Assembly: GCA_965552055.1 (NCBI GenBank)
Contig: CBEVQO010000003.1
Location: forward strand, 128,001-192,000
DNA length: 64,000 bases
Source of the DNA: an uncultured bacterium
GTDB taxonomy: Bacteria > Hydrothermota > UBA3073 > NMUJ01 > CBEVQO01
Direction of reading: 5' to 3'
In this document: positions 53,917 to 63,646 of the stretch, piece after piece
Layout of the letters: each line of letters opens with the position of its first letter
Numbering within the stretch: position 1 is the first letter of the stretch
Notes under the pieces: generated by a model
The model's database searches: none
What the model saw: only the letters and a program-made list of their open reading frames with translations
Told to the model about the DNA's origin: nothing
Position numbers and translations under genes: made by a program

Positions 53917-55356
53917 ATGAGATTAATTTTTGAAAAAAGCAAAAAAGGAAAAAAGGGAGTAACTTTACCGCGCTGTGATATTCCGGAAAAGAAAAACATT
54001 ATTCCTGAGAAATTCTTACGAAAAAAGGAGATGAGATTACCCCAGCTTACAGAACCTGAGGTTGTTAGACATTACACAAATTTGTCTTCTTTAAATTTTC
54101 ACATTGATAAAGGATTCTATCCGCTTGGCAGTTGCACTATGAAATATAATCCGAAGATTAATGAAGACCTTGCAAGGCATCCTTGTTTTTTAAATTTACA
54201 TCCTTTGCAGTCGGAGGATACGGTGCAGGGTGCTTTGAAATTGATGTATGAATTGCAGGAGTTACTTTGCAGGATAAGCGGTATGGATGCTGTATCCCTT
54301 CAGCCATCTGCAGGTGCATCGGGCGAATTTACAGCACTTTTGATTGCCAAAAAATATTTCAAAGTTAAAGGCGAAGAAAGAAAAAGAGTGTTGTTGCCAG
54401 ACAGTGCACACGGAACAAATCCTGCATCCTGTACTCTTGCAGGCTTTATACCAGAGGAAATAAAATCGGACGAAGAAGGATTATGCAATATTACAGAATT
54501 GAAAAAGAAAATAGGAAAAGATGTAGCTATGATAATGCTTACTGTGCCCAATACTCTTGGACTTTTTGAAAGAAGGATAAAAGAAATATCGAGGATTGCA
54601 GAAGAAGAGGGAGTTTTGCTTTATCTTGATGGTGCCAACATGAATGCATTCCTGGGTATAGTTTTGCCATCTGAAATGGGTTTTCATCTTGTTCATTTCA
54701 ATTTGCATAAGACATTTTCGACACCTCATGGAAGCGGTGGACCTGGAGGCGGAGCTTTGGGAGTTAAAAAGTTTTTAGAAGAGTTCTTACCCGTGCCTGT
54801 AATTCGTAAAAAAGATGATAAGTATTACCTTGAGTGGAATTTGAAGCATACAATCGGCAAAGTGCATACATTTTATGGTAATTTCAATGTCAACATAAAA
54901 GCATATACTTATATCAGAATGATGGGAAAAGATGGATTAAGAAAAGTTGCAGAAACTTCTATAATAAATGCCAACTATTTAAAAGAGATATTGAAGGATT
55001 ATTATGACCTGCCTTATAAATCTCGTTGTATGCATGAATTTGTGCTATCCGGTGCAAAGCAGAAACGCGAAACAGGTGTAAGGACATTGAATATTGCTAA
55101 AAGGTTGTTAGACTATGGATTTCATCCGCCTACGATTTATTTTCCTTTAATCGTACAAGAAGCACTTATGATTGAGCCAACAGAGACAGAAAGTAAAGAT
55201 ACACTTGATAAATTTGCAGAAGCTCTTATAAATATTGCAAAAGAATGCAAAGAAGCACCGGATAAAGTTTTGAATGCTCCTCATAATATGCCTGTTAAGA
55301 GAGTAGATGAAGCAAGGGCATCTCGTGAACTTGATGTAAACTATTTTGCAAAATGA
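53917..55356 (+). CDS. gcvPB: Glycine dehydrogenase (decarboxylating) subunit 2
   Basis: PLGSCTMKYNP, SAHGTNPAS, NLHKTFSTPHG.GGPG, IEPTETES. Confidence 0.96.
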   Translation: MRLIFEKSKKGKKGVTLPRCDIPEKKNIIPEKFLRKKEMRLPQLTEPEVVRHYTNLSSLNFHIDKGFYPLGSCTMKYNPKINEDLARHPCFLNLHPLQSEDTVQGALKLMYELQELLCRISGMDAVSLQPSAGASGEFTALLIAKKYFKVKGEERKRVLLPDSAHGTNPASCTLAGFIPEEIKSDEEGLCNITELKKKIGKDVAMIMLTVPNTLGLFERRIKEISRIAEEEGVLLYLDGANMNAFLGIVLPSEMGFHLVHFNLHKTFSTPHGSGGPGGGALGVKKFLEEFLPVPVIRKKDDKYYLEWNLKHTIGKVHTFYGNFNVNIKAYTYIRMMGKDGLRKVAETSIINANYLKEILKDYYDLPYKSRCMHEFVLSGAKQKRETGVRTLNIAKRLLDYGFHPPTIYFPLIVQEALMIEPTETESKDTLDKFAEALINIAKECKEAPDKVLNAPHNMPVKRVDEARASRELDVNYFAK

Positions 55357-55670
55357 GTTTCTGGGAAAAATTGAAGCATGCTTTTAATGTGGGAGGAGAG
55401 GCAGAGGAATTAACGGAGCGTGAAGAAGATTTATTGGATAAGCTGGCGGATGGGATAGTTCGACGGGGAATGGGCACACCGGCTATATTATTTCTCGAAT
55501 CTTTTAGACCTTTGTCTTTTATTGGCAGTCAGGTTATGGTATTTTTAAAACCATTTATTGATGCAATGTTTCCTTCAACTGTTTACGATGAGTTTATAAA
55601 AATTTTTGAGAAGCGTCCGGGCATTCGACGGCTTATTGAGTTAATTGAGGAGAAAATGGGGGCAAGATGA
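55353..55670 (+). CDS. Conserved hypothetical protein
   Basis: ATGA-coupled to gcvPB; PAILFLES.RPLSFIGSQ. Confidence 0.75.
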   Translation: MSFWEKLKHAFNVGGEAEELTEREEDLLDKLADGIVRRGMGTPAILFLESFRPLSFIGSQVMVFLKPFIDAMFPSTVYDEFIKIFEKRPGIRRLIELIEEKMGAR

Positions 55671-56134
55671 GGCGTAAGATTTTATTTGTGATTTGCGGGG
55701 TTATAGTTGCATGTGTAATTGCAGTTATAATTGCAGGTAAGATGAAGGTGGAGAAAGTAAAAGAGAAGAAGTTTGTGCCTCCTCCCGATGGCATAATTAC
55801 GAAAGAGATGGCAGATAAATATCTGCTGGCGACAAAGTACCTGCGTGAAGCGATAGAAGAACATAAAAAGGATATAATGAGAATGGCAAAAATACACGGA
55901 GTAACACCAGAGGAACTTGAATCGGATACACTCGAAAAAACATCGGAAAAAGTGCAGAGATTGAAGAAGAGATTGCTCAAAAAATGGAGAAAAAGAGAAT
56001 TGGAAGCATATAAGAGAGCAGGGATAACCGAAGAAGAGTTTAACTGGATTGGTCAAATGCTCACAGATACGACTAAAAACAAAGAAATAAGGAAATATAT
56101 CCAAAAGAAATTTTTAGAAATGTTTCAGAAGTAA
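55667..56134 (+). CDS. Hypothetical membrane-anchored protein
   Basis: N-terminal TM; ATGA-coupled. Confidence 0.7.
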   Translation: MRRKILFVICGVIVACVIAVIIAGKMKVEKVKEKKFVPPPDGIITKEMADKYLLATKYLREAIEEHKKDIMRMAKIHGVTPEELESDTLEKTSEKVQRLKKRLLKKWRKRELEAYKRAGITEEEFNWIGQMLTDTTKNKEIRKYIQKKFLEMFQK

Positions 56135-56898
56135 AATTCAGGTCTCCTATCTTCAAAAATGTGATTTAACTCAGTAATTTTTTTATTCAGTGCAAGAGAT
56201 GGGTCGATGTCCACTGTCTTTACGCATTCATCTGTTTCATTTGCCGAAATTAAAATTGAGCTATCAGGTGCGCATATTAAACTTTTTCCTGTGAATTTAA
56301 TTCCTTTTTCTGTGCCTATTCTGTTTGCCATACAGATGAATACCCTGTTTTCGAGTGCTCTTATGGGTAATGCTTTCTGGCAATACGGTAACACAAGATT
56401 TGTAGGATGACAGATTATTTGGGCTCCCTTTAAAGCAAGTGTGCGAGCAGATTCCGGGAAAATCCAGTCAAAACATATCATTAGCCCGATTTTCACTCCT
56501 TTAAATTCGAAAACAAAAAAGCCTTTATCACCTTTTTCAAAAATTAATTTTTCTTTGTTAAAGAGGTGAATTTTTCTATAAATGTGTATCTTGCCATCTG
56601 GTAGTACAGCACACGCAGAATTGTAAATTTTATCACCATCGGAAAGCTCAGGAAAGCCCGCAACAATACACATGTCTTTTTCCTTCGCTATGTCCAATAA
56701 AAAATTCGTGGTATATCCGGGTACTTCTTCCGCAAGGGGTAATAGTTCTTCTTTGGTCTCAAAAACATATCCAGTATTGAATAACTCTGGAAGCACAATA
56801 ATATCGGCAAAAACATCCTTTAGCATTTCTCTTATTTTCTGTAAATTTTTTTCTTTTTTCTTATGTTCAGGCTGGAATTGTAAGAATCCTATTTTCAT
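56125..56898 (-). CDS. Carbon-nitrogen hydrolase (nitrilase family)
   Basis: E-K-C triad: LPEL, YRKIHL, ICFDW. Confidence 0.93.
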   Translation of the reverse strand: MKIGFLQFQPEHKKKEKNLQKIREMLKDVFADIIVLPELFNTGYVFETKEELLPLAEEVPGYTTNFLLDIAKEKDMCIVAGFPELSDGDKIYNSACAVLPDGKIHIYRKIHLFNKEKLIFEKGDKGFFVFEFKGVKIGLMICFDWIFPESARTLALKGAQIICHPTNLVLPYCQKALPIRALENRVFICMANRIGTEKGIKFTGKSLICAPDSSILISANETDECVKTVDIDPSLALNKKITELNHIFEDRRPEFYF

Positions 56899-57053
56899 TT
56901 TCTTAATCTTTTAGCGATAATGCCTGCCCATGCACTGAAAAAAGCGATGAGTGCACCGATCACCATATTTGATAGCGCGAGTTCACCGCCGAAAAAATAT
57001 CCAGAAGCCGCAACCCATAGTCCCATGTAAAAAACTACCCAGCACTGCCACAT
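56895..57053 (-). CDS. 52-aa two-TM protein, SPW-repeat-like (absent from the ORF track)
   Basis: SD GGAGGG then MWQCWVVFYMGLWVAASGYFFGGELALSNMVIGALIAFFSAWAGIIAKRLRK*; ATGA overlap with the nitrilase. Confidence 0.75.
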   Translation of the reverse strand: MWQCWVVFYMGLWVAASGYFFGGELALSNMVIGALIAFFSAWAGIIAKRLRK

Positions 57054-57880
57054 AATCCCTCCAGTTTTTTTATTACAGAAGATATAATCCAGTCAGGAGT
57101 AGATGCACCAGCAGTTACACCTACATTTTTTACACCGTTAAACCACTCTTTTTTTATCTCATCCGCTGTTTCAATGTGATAAACTTTTTTCCCGCTTTCT
57201 TTTATTAATTCGTATAATCTCCTTGTGTTTGCACTATTTCTTCCGCCTATCACAATCATAATATCGACATTTTTCGCCAGTTCTAAAGCATGTTTTTGAC
57301 GCAAATCGGTTGCATCACAAATCGTGTTTATTACTTTTAATTCTTTAATTTTCTCACTTAACTCTTTTATTATCTCTTTAAAATGTTTTTTCGAAAATGT
57401 TGTTTGCACGACAACTCCTGCTTTATCAATTTTTTTAAGCGCTTTTGCTTCTTCTTCATTTTCTATGACTTTTATTCCATCGATTGATTCTGTAATCGCA
57501 AGTACTTCTGGATGTTTTTTTTCTCCTATGAGAATAACTTTATAACCTTCTTTTTTCAAAATTTTTGCATATTCATGCACTTTTTTAACAAATGGACATG
57601 TAGCATCCACAATTTCAAATCCCAATTTCCGTGCCTCTTCATAAACATGAACAGGTGCTCCATGTGACCTTATTACAAGTATGCCCAGTGGAACAGAATG
57701 CAGATTATCAACTGGTTCTATACCCAGTTTTTTCAATCTTTCAACTTCCTGTGGATTATGAATTATGGGTCCGTAGGTATAAATTTTTTTATCTGTTTTT
57801 TTAGCAAGTTCTTCAAGTATTTTAATCGCACGCTTTACACCATAGCAGAATCCCGAATGTTTAGCAAGTAATACTTTCAT
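57035..57880 (-). CDS. ispH: 4-hydroxy-3-methylbut-2-enyl diphosphate reductase
   Basis: GFCYGVKRA, IHN, DATCPFV, NTICDAT, SAN, AGASTP. Confidence 0.96.
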   Translation of the reverse strand: MKVLLAKHSGFCYGVKRAIKILEELAKKTDKKIYTYGPIIHNPQEVERLKKLGIEPVDNLHSVPLGILVIRSHGAPVHVYEEARKLGFEIVDATCPFVKKVHEYAKILKKEGYKVILIGEKKHPEVLAITESIDGIKVIENEEEAKALKKIDKAGVVVQTTFSKKHFKEIIKELSEKIKELKVINTICDATDLRQKHALELAKNVDIMIVIGGRNSANTRRLYELIKESGKKVYHIETADEIKKEWFNGVKNVGVTAGASTPDWIISSVIKKLEGLCGSAG

Positions 57881-58484
57881 CGAGTTCTTTAATTTTTTGC
57901 ATTATAATCTCTGATAACTTTTTTCTGCCGTCTTTTGATTTTGAAAATTTCTCTACTTCTTCCTTTGTGATGGGTTTTCCAAACTTTACGATTACGGTTT
58001 TTTTACGCAAAAACTGTTTTATGAGAGGGGTATTTGAGTTTTTTATAAGTGCCGGCACTATTGGCACTTTGTTTCGCAGTGCTATAAATGCTGTGCCATG
58101 TTTGGGTGTTTGCAGTTCGCCTGTTTTACTCCTTGTGCCTTCTGGAAACATTATCAGTCCCTGACCCATTTTTAAAATTTCATCGGCTTTTCTTATTGCA
58201 TTTCTGTCGATTTTTTCTCTATCGGCTGGAAAGGCGTTGTATGCTTTTATAAGCCATGTGAAAAATTTGTTTATTTCAAATAATTCTTTTTTGGCAAAGA
58301 AATAGCATTCCCTTGTCCATACGGCTGTACCTACAAGCGGCGGGTCAAAATTTGATAAATGGTTTGAAGCAACGATAAAGCCACCATTTTTGGGGATATT
58401 CTCCCTTCCATAAACTTTCCATCCAAAAAATACTTTCCAGATAAAATTTATAACCCTTGTCCCTATCCTGTATCGCAGTTTCAT
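57861..58484 (-). CDS. plsC: 1-acyl-sn-glycerol-3-phosphate acyltransferase
   Basis: NHLSNFD, FPEGTRS. Confidence 0.9.
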   Translation of the reverse strand: MKLRYRIGTRVINFIWKVFFGWKVYGRENIPKNGGFIVASNHLSNFDPPLVGTAVWTRECYFFAKKELFEINKFFTWLIKAYNAFPADREKIDRNAIRKADEILKMGQGLIMFPEGTRSKTGELQTPKHGTAFIALRNKVPIVPALIKNSNTPLIKQFLRKKTVIVKFGKPITKEEVEKFSKSKDGRKKLSEIIMQKIKELDESITC

Positions 58485-59578
58485 TTCAGTTTATCACTCA
58501 GCCAGCCGATTTTTACTTCTTCCGGAGGAATAAAATTCGGGATATGTGGTTTTATATCAAGGAGAGGTGTTCCATCTACAATATCCACATTTTCGATTAT
58601 TATTTCGTTATCTTTTATTTCAACGAGCTTTACCGTTGACATTCCTATTGGATTTGGGCGTGAAGGAGCTCTTGTTGCAAATACGCCTCTTTTTACATTA
58701 TCAAGATAGGGCTTTACTTTTAATTTCTTTTCTTTTACGAGATGGAAATGATAAATCAAAATTATGTGGGAAAAACCTTCCAGGTCTTTAATTCCTTCCT
58801 TAAATTCCGGGAAGAGTTTTATTTTGCCTCTTATACCTTTTGCAAAGCGAGGTTGAATTGGCACACCCACAGGTTCTTTAAAGGGTGAATGGATAATCCC
58901 TATAGGTCTATATTTTATTTTTCCAAACCATTTTTCCATTATCAGCTCTATTACCTTTTCGATTTCTTCTTCAATTGTCAAATTCGTTGTGTCAATTTCT
59001 ATTGCACCTTCTGGTTTTACAAGTGGATTTATTTTTCTTTCGGAATCTCTTCTATCCCTTTCTTCCATCTTTTTCAAAACTTCTTCGTAACTTATATTTT
59101 GTCCTTTTTCTTTCAATTCTTTCCATCTTCTTCTTGCTCTTTCTTTTAAATCTGCAGTCATAAATATTTTGATATCCGCATCAGGGAAAACAAAAGAACC
59201 CATATCCCTTCCTTCTGCTACCACATTACCAGTTTTGCCGATTTCACGCTGTATCTTTTGTAAAATTTTCCTGACATCTTCGTAAGTGGCAATTACCGAT
59301 GAAATATGGGAAATTTCTTCTGTTCTTATTTCTTTCTCAACATCTTCGCCATCAAGCGTTAATCTTCCAAGTTTTTCATCATAATTTATTTTTATGTTTT
59401 TTATGGCTTTTACGACTTTATCTTTATCTGTATAATCTATTCCTTTTCTTTTGATGAGCAAAGCTGCCATTCTGTAAGTTGCTCCGCTATCTAAATATTT
59501 GAAACCGAGTTTTTGTGCTACTCCACGGGCTGTGGTGGTTTTGCCGGCAGATGCGTAGCCATCAATTGTTACAATCAT
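58481..59578 (-). CDS. cmk: Fusion of cytidylate kinase and tRNA m6t6A37 methyltransferase TrmO/TsaA
   Basis: N-terminal IDG...GKTT, DSGA.YR, EGRD, RD..D. C-terminal PIG.IHSPF, GFSH, GVFATRAP.RPNPIG, DGTPLLDIKP. No stop between them. Confidence 0.9.
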   Translation of the reverse strand: MIVTIDGYASAGKTTTARGVAQKLGFKYLDSGATYRMAALLIKRKGIDYTDKDKVVKAIKNIKINYDEKLGRLTLDGEDVEKEIRTEEISHISSVIATYEDVRKILQKIQREIGKTGNVVAEGRDMGSFVFPDADIKIFMTADLKERARRRWKELKEKGQNISYEEVLKKMEERDRRDSERKINPLVKPEGAIEIDTTNLTIEEEIEKVIELIMEKWFGKIKYRPIGIIHSPFKEPVGVPIQPRFAKGIRGKIKLFPEFKEGIKDLEGFSHIILIYHFHLVKEKKLKVKPYLDNVKRGVFATRAPSRPNPIGMSTVKLVEIKDNEIIIENVDIVDGTPLLDIKPHIPNFIPPEEVKIGWLSDKLK

Positions 59579-61497
59579 TAAACTCTTTTAAGAACAACAA
59601 GTGTAATATCATCTGATTGAGGGATGTTTCCTGTGAATTCCCTAACTTTTTTCATAACTGCTTCTGTGATTTCCCTTGCCGATGCCATTCTGTTTTCTTT
59701 TAATACTTTGAAAAATCTATCTTCACCGAATTCCTGATGAAGCTCATTCATTGCCTCTGTTATGCCATCTGTAAAGAGAACGAGGACATCTCCTTTTTTC
59801 ATTACCCTTCTTTCTTCTTTTAAAGCCTCTCTATATCCCTTTTCATCAACAAGTCCTATTCCGATTGGCATACCTTCAGGTTTTAATGGTATGAGTTCAC
59901 CATCGGTTAGCAACAGTCCTTCGTTGTGCCCTGCATTGCAAACCCTTATTTCCCCTGTTTCTTTATTAACGACAATGTAAAGGGTTGTTATGAAAATATC
60001 CTCTGGAATATCTTTTGCTATTTCTTCATTTGTTTGTGCTATTACATCAACAGGTGAAGGATTACCTACTGCTTTCATTTTCATAACAGTACGCATTACT
60101 GCCATCATCATAGCTCCTGATACGCTTTTACCAGAGACATCTGCAACTACAAGTCCAAAATGCTTATCATCAACATTTAAAACATCGTAATAGTCACCGC
60201 CGACTTCTCTTGCTGCCTGATAGAAAGCACTCAGTTCAAATCCCGGGAATTGCGGTAAACCACGGGGAAGTAACGCTGCCTGAATATCTTTTGCAATTTC
60301 CATTTCTCTTTTCATTCTTTCTTTTTCTACAAGTTCTTTTTGTGCTTTCTCAAGTTTCATAGCCATTTCTTTTACTGACAATGCAATATCACCTATTTCG
60401 TCATTTCTCTTTATTTCCATTCTCTTATATCGGTCAAGTTCGCCTTCACCGATTGCCACAATATCTTTCGTTATCTCTCCAAGTGAGCCAATTATCAAAG
60501 ATACCAGCACAATAATGATAGCTGCACCCGCACCCACTGCAATAGCTGCTACGATTAACATGTTTTTCTGAGCTTCTTTTATCGTATTTTTTATAGATTC
60601 AGCAGAGAAGCCCATATGTAAATCTTGTGGTATTTTTGCACGCGTAAGAGTAGCTTTAATATCGTAGATGTCAATTTTTTTATTATATTTAATTGTAAGT
60701 TCACCAATGGTAACAGGGAAACCTTTTATTTCGCTTTTAGATTTCGGTGAGATATTTTTAGTAAGGAAATATTTACCTTTTGATATAAATCTCGGTTCGA
60801 AAAGCAATCTTGTTATCATTTTTACTATCTTTTTTGACTCCTTCTCGCATACACACACATAAGCTGCGCTTCTTTTTTTGAAGAGCTCCTGAATTATCGG
60901 TGTAATATTTTTATTTTCTTTTAATGCTGTGAGTAGTTTAGGGGATGTTTCTTTAATAAACTCGTTTATAACTTTCTTTACTCCGCTTTTTTTCACACCT
61001 ACATGGCATTCAAGCACAGGTGATGTATTGGGCAATTCTATACACACATCGTAGACTACGAATGAGCGAATCAGTTTGTGATTGAATTTACCGATAAAAA
61101 CAGTATCCTTGCCCATCAGTATCGTATCGGTATAAGAAAGATTTTTAAATCCCTCAAAAGTTTTACCTATCCTCATGTCGATGTCCAAAAATGGATTAAC
61201 AGCGGATGACGAAATTACTTTATTTTCTCTATTGACGAGTGTTGCGTAAAGCATATCTTCCTGCTCATCGAGGGCTTTTTGTAATGTTGTTGCAATTGCT
61301 ATTTCATCGTTATGATATATGTGTTCGATAAGAGGCGGTATGATTGATGAAGTTACAGCTAGTGCTCTTTTCCTTATCTCTTTGTAAAGAGCCTCGCCCT
61401 CATGTCTCGTGAAATAAGAAATCACACCAGCCATCAGACAAATTACAAAGCCCGTTATCCATATCGTAAATTTTGCTTTTAAACCAAACCTCCTCAT
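59578..61497 (-). CDS. Membrane sensor PP2C/SpoIIE (RsbU-like) phosphatase with HAMP domain
   Basis: Two TMs; DEIG HAMP; VGGDYYD, DVSGK, NAGH, TDGITEA, DDIT. Confidence 0.92.
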   Translation of the reverse strand: MRRFGLKAKFTIWITGFVICLMAGVISYFTRHEGEALYKEIRKRALAVTSSIIPPLIEHIYHNDEIAIATTLQKALDEQEDMLYATLVNRENKVISSSAVNPFLDIDMRIGKTFEGFKNLSYTDTILMGKDTVFIGKFNHKLIRSFVVYDVCIELPNTSPVLECHVGVKKSGVKKVINEFIKETSPKLLTALKENKNITPIIQELFKKRSAAYVCVCEKESKKIVKMITRLLFEPRFISKGKYFLTKNISPKSKSEIKGFPVTIGELTIKYNKKIDIYDIKATLTRAKIPQDLHMGFSAESIKNTIKEAQKNMLIVAAIAVGAGAAIIIVLVSLIIGSLGEITKDIVAIGEGELDRYKRMEIKRNDEIGDIALSVKEMAMKLEKAQKELVEKERMKREMEIAKDIQAALLPRGLPQFPGFELSAFYQAAREVGGDYYDVLNVDDKHFGLVVADVSGKSVSGAMMMAVMRTVMKMKAVGNPSPVDVIAQTNEEIAKDIPEDIFITTLYIVVNKETGEIRVCNAGHNEGLLLTDGELIPLKPEGMPIGIGLVDEKGYREALKEERRVMKKGDVLVLFTDGITEAMNELHQEFGEDRFFKVLKENRMASAREITEAVMKKVREFTGNIPQSDDITLVVLKRV

Positions 61498-61583
61498 AAT
61501 CCCTCCTTTTCTATTTTTATCAATTTTTATCTAAAATATCAGGATGTCAAGTAAAAATTTTAAAAATTTTAAAAAATTTTTCG

Positions 61584-61610
61584 TTTACTTATCTGCAAGC
61601 GTATTAAAAT
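61584..61610 (+). promoter_or_regulatory. dprA promoter, 15-bp spacer, leaderless
   Basis: TTTACT-N15-TAAAAT-N6-ATG(61617). Confidence 0.55.
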
Positions 61611-61616
61611 CTGAAG

Positions 61617-62678
61617 ATGCTCGAAAGTTTACTGAAATTGATGAAAATAAAAGGAATGACCGAAAGAAGATTGAAAATACTTTTGGACAAATTTAAATCC
61701 CCGGAGCAAATTATGAAAGCAGATTTTGAGGAAATTGCCAGTGTTACGGATAATTTGATAGCAGAGAACATTAAAATGGCCAGAGAGATTAATGTTGAAA
61801 AAGAACTTAAGTTTATTGAGAAAGAAGAGATAAAAATTTTATTGTATCTGGATGATGCCTATCCCGAAAGGTTAAAAGAAATTACGGATTTTCCACCTGT
61901 TTTATTTGTTAAAGGAGATACATCTATTTTCTCCGGGCATTGTATTGCTGTTATAGGTACGCGTTCTCCTTCAAGTTATGGTGAAAGCATGGCGAAAAAA
62001 TTTTCTTATGAACTTGCGCAATCTGGTGTAGTAATTGTTAGTGGAATGGCGAGGGGTATAGACAGCATATCGCATCAATCTGCCATAGATGCAGGCGGTA
62101 AAACAATAGCAGTGCTGGGGAGCGGGATAGATAAAATTTATCCTCCTGAAAATAAAAAACTTTATTACAAAATAGCAAAAAGGGGGGCTGTTATTTCTGA
62201 ATTTCCAATCGGTATGCCTCCTTATCCCGGTAATTTCTTAAAAAGAAACAGAATAATAAGCGGATTGTCAGAAGGGGTACTCGTGATTGAAGCTCCTGAA
62301 AAAAGTGGTGTTTTTTCAACCGTAAACTGGGCATTAATGCAGGGTAAAGATGTTTTCGCTCTTCCAAGTAACATAACAAATGAGAGGGGGGCAGGTACAA
62401 ATAAGCTGATAAAAGAGGGGGCATATCTCGTTACATCCGTTAAGGATATCCTTAACATTTTAAAAATTTATCCAGAATACGAAAAGAAGGTTAAAGAAGT
62501 TAAAATCTCGCCAGAAGAAGAAAAAATATTTTCTTTGATTTCATTCGAGCCCGTTCATTTTGACAAACTATTAGAGGAGAGCGAAAAAAATATGGGGGAA
62601 CTTTCTTCTTTGCTTTTATCTCTTGAAATTAAAGGATTGATAAAGCAATTACCTGGCAAATATTATGTGCGATTTTAA
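61617..62678 (+). CDS. dprA: DNA-processing protein DprA
   Basis: YP..LKEI.D.PPVLF, IGTR, VSGMARGID, RNRIISGLS, C-terminal winged helix. Confidence 0.96.
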   Translation: MLESLLKLMKIKGMTERRLKILLDKFKSPEQIMKADFEEIASVTDNLIAENIKMAREINVEKELKFIEKEEIKILLYLDDAYPERLKEITDFPPVLFVKGDTSIFSGHCIAVIGTRSPSSYGESMAKKFSYELAQSGVVIVSGMARGIDSISHQSAIDAGGKTIAVLGSGIDKIYPPENKKLYYKIAKRGAVISEFPIGMPPYPGNFLKRNRIISGLSEGVLVIEAPEKSGVFSTVNWALMQGKDVFALPSNITNERGAGTNKLIKEGAYLVTSVKDILNILKIYPEYEKKVKEVKISPEEEKIFSLISFEPVHFDKLLEESEKNMGELSSLLLSLEIKGLIKQLPGKYYVRF

Positions 62679-62683
62679 ATCAC

Positions 62684-62710
62684 TTGACAAATCAAAAATT
62701 TTATTATATT
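62684..62710 (+). promoter_or_regulatory. sigma70-type promoter
   Basis: TTGACA-N15-TATATT; an N17 TATTAT is also possible here. Confidence 0.55.
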
Positions 62711-62719
62711 ATATCTGTC

Positions 62720-63646
62720 ATGATTGAGGTGAAAGACCTTACCAAAAAGTATGGTGAGCTTGTAGCGGTTGATAATATTTCTTTTGAAGTGAAGAAGGGT
62801 GAAGTTGTGGGCTTTTTGGGTCCGAATGCTGCGGGTAAAACAACCACTTTGCGTGTTATTACCGGCTTTTTGCCGCCTACAGAAGGAACCGCTGTTGTTG
62901 CAGGATATGATGTAAGAGAAAATCCAATTGAAGTAAAAGAAAAGATAGGTTATTTACCCGAAGAAAATCCTTTGTATGATGAATTTGAAGTTGTTGAATT
63001 TCTGGAATTTATTGGAAGAGCAAGGCAAATAAAGGATTTGAGAAAAAGGATTAAAGAAGCGATTGAGATTTGCAAACTTGAGGATGTTGTTGGTAAGCTG
63101 ATCGGGCATTTGTCAAGGGGATACAGACAAAGGGTAGGGCTTGCTCAGGCAATTTTACATGACCCTGAGATAATAATTGCCGATGAACCCACAACAGGGC
63201 TTGACCCCATTCAGCAATCAGAAATAAGAAATTTGATAAAAGGATTGAAGGAAAGGGGAAAAACGATATTGATATCCACCCATATACTTCCTGAGGTTCA
63301 GGCAATGTGTGAGCGAGTTATAATAATTCATAAGGGGAAAATTGTAGCCGATGCCCCTATAAATGAGATTGGCAGTTTGAAAAAAGGTTACGATGTGTTA
63401 AATGTTGTTATGAAAGGAGACGAGAAAGAGATAAAAGAAGGTTTGAGTAACATCGAAGGTGTGATTAATATTGAGGATAAAGGAAGGTCAAATGGATGTT
63501 TTGCTTTTCAACTGCAGGTAAAACCCGATATCGATGTGAGGGAAAAGATATTTGATATGGCTGTGCAAAGGAATTTAAAATTGATAGAATTGCATAGAGA
63601 GAGTTTATCGCTTGAAGATGTTTTTAAGGAACTTACTAAAGAATAA
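62720..63646 (+). CDS. ABC transporter ATP-binding protein (GldA-like)
   Basis: GPNAAGKT, LSRGYRQR, DEPT, STH. Start set to MIEV at 62720 because the track's TTG 62684 is the -35 box. Confidence 0.92.
   Translation: MIEVKDLTKKYGELVAVDNISFEVKKGEVVGFLGPNAAGKTTTLRVITGFLPPTEGTAVVAGYDVRENPIEVKEKIGYLPEENPLYDEFEVVEFLEFIGRARQIKDLRKRIKEAIEICKLEDVVGKLIGHLSRGYRQRVGLAQAILHDPEIIIADEPTTGLDPIQQSEIRNLIKGLKERGKTILISTHILPEVQAMCERVIIIHKGKIVADAPINEIGSLKKGYDVLNVVMKGDEKEIKEGLSNIEGVINIEDKGRSNGCFAFQLQVKPDIDVREKIFDMAVQRNLKLIELHRESLSLEDVFKELTKE

Noticed and set aside
53917..55356. gcvPB without gcvPA as an anomaly
   Set aside because: Split gcv loci are common; gcvPA may be elsewhere in the genome.
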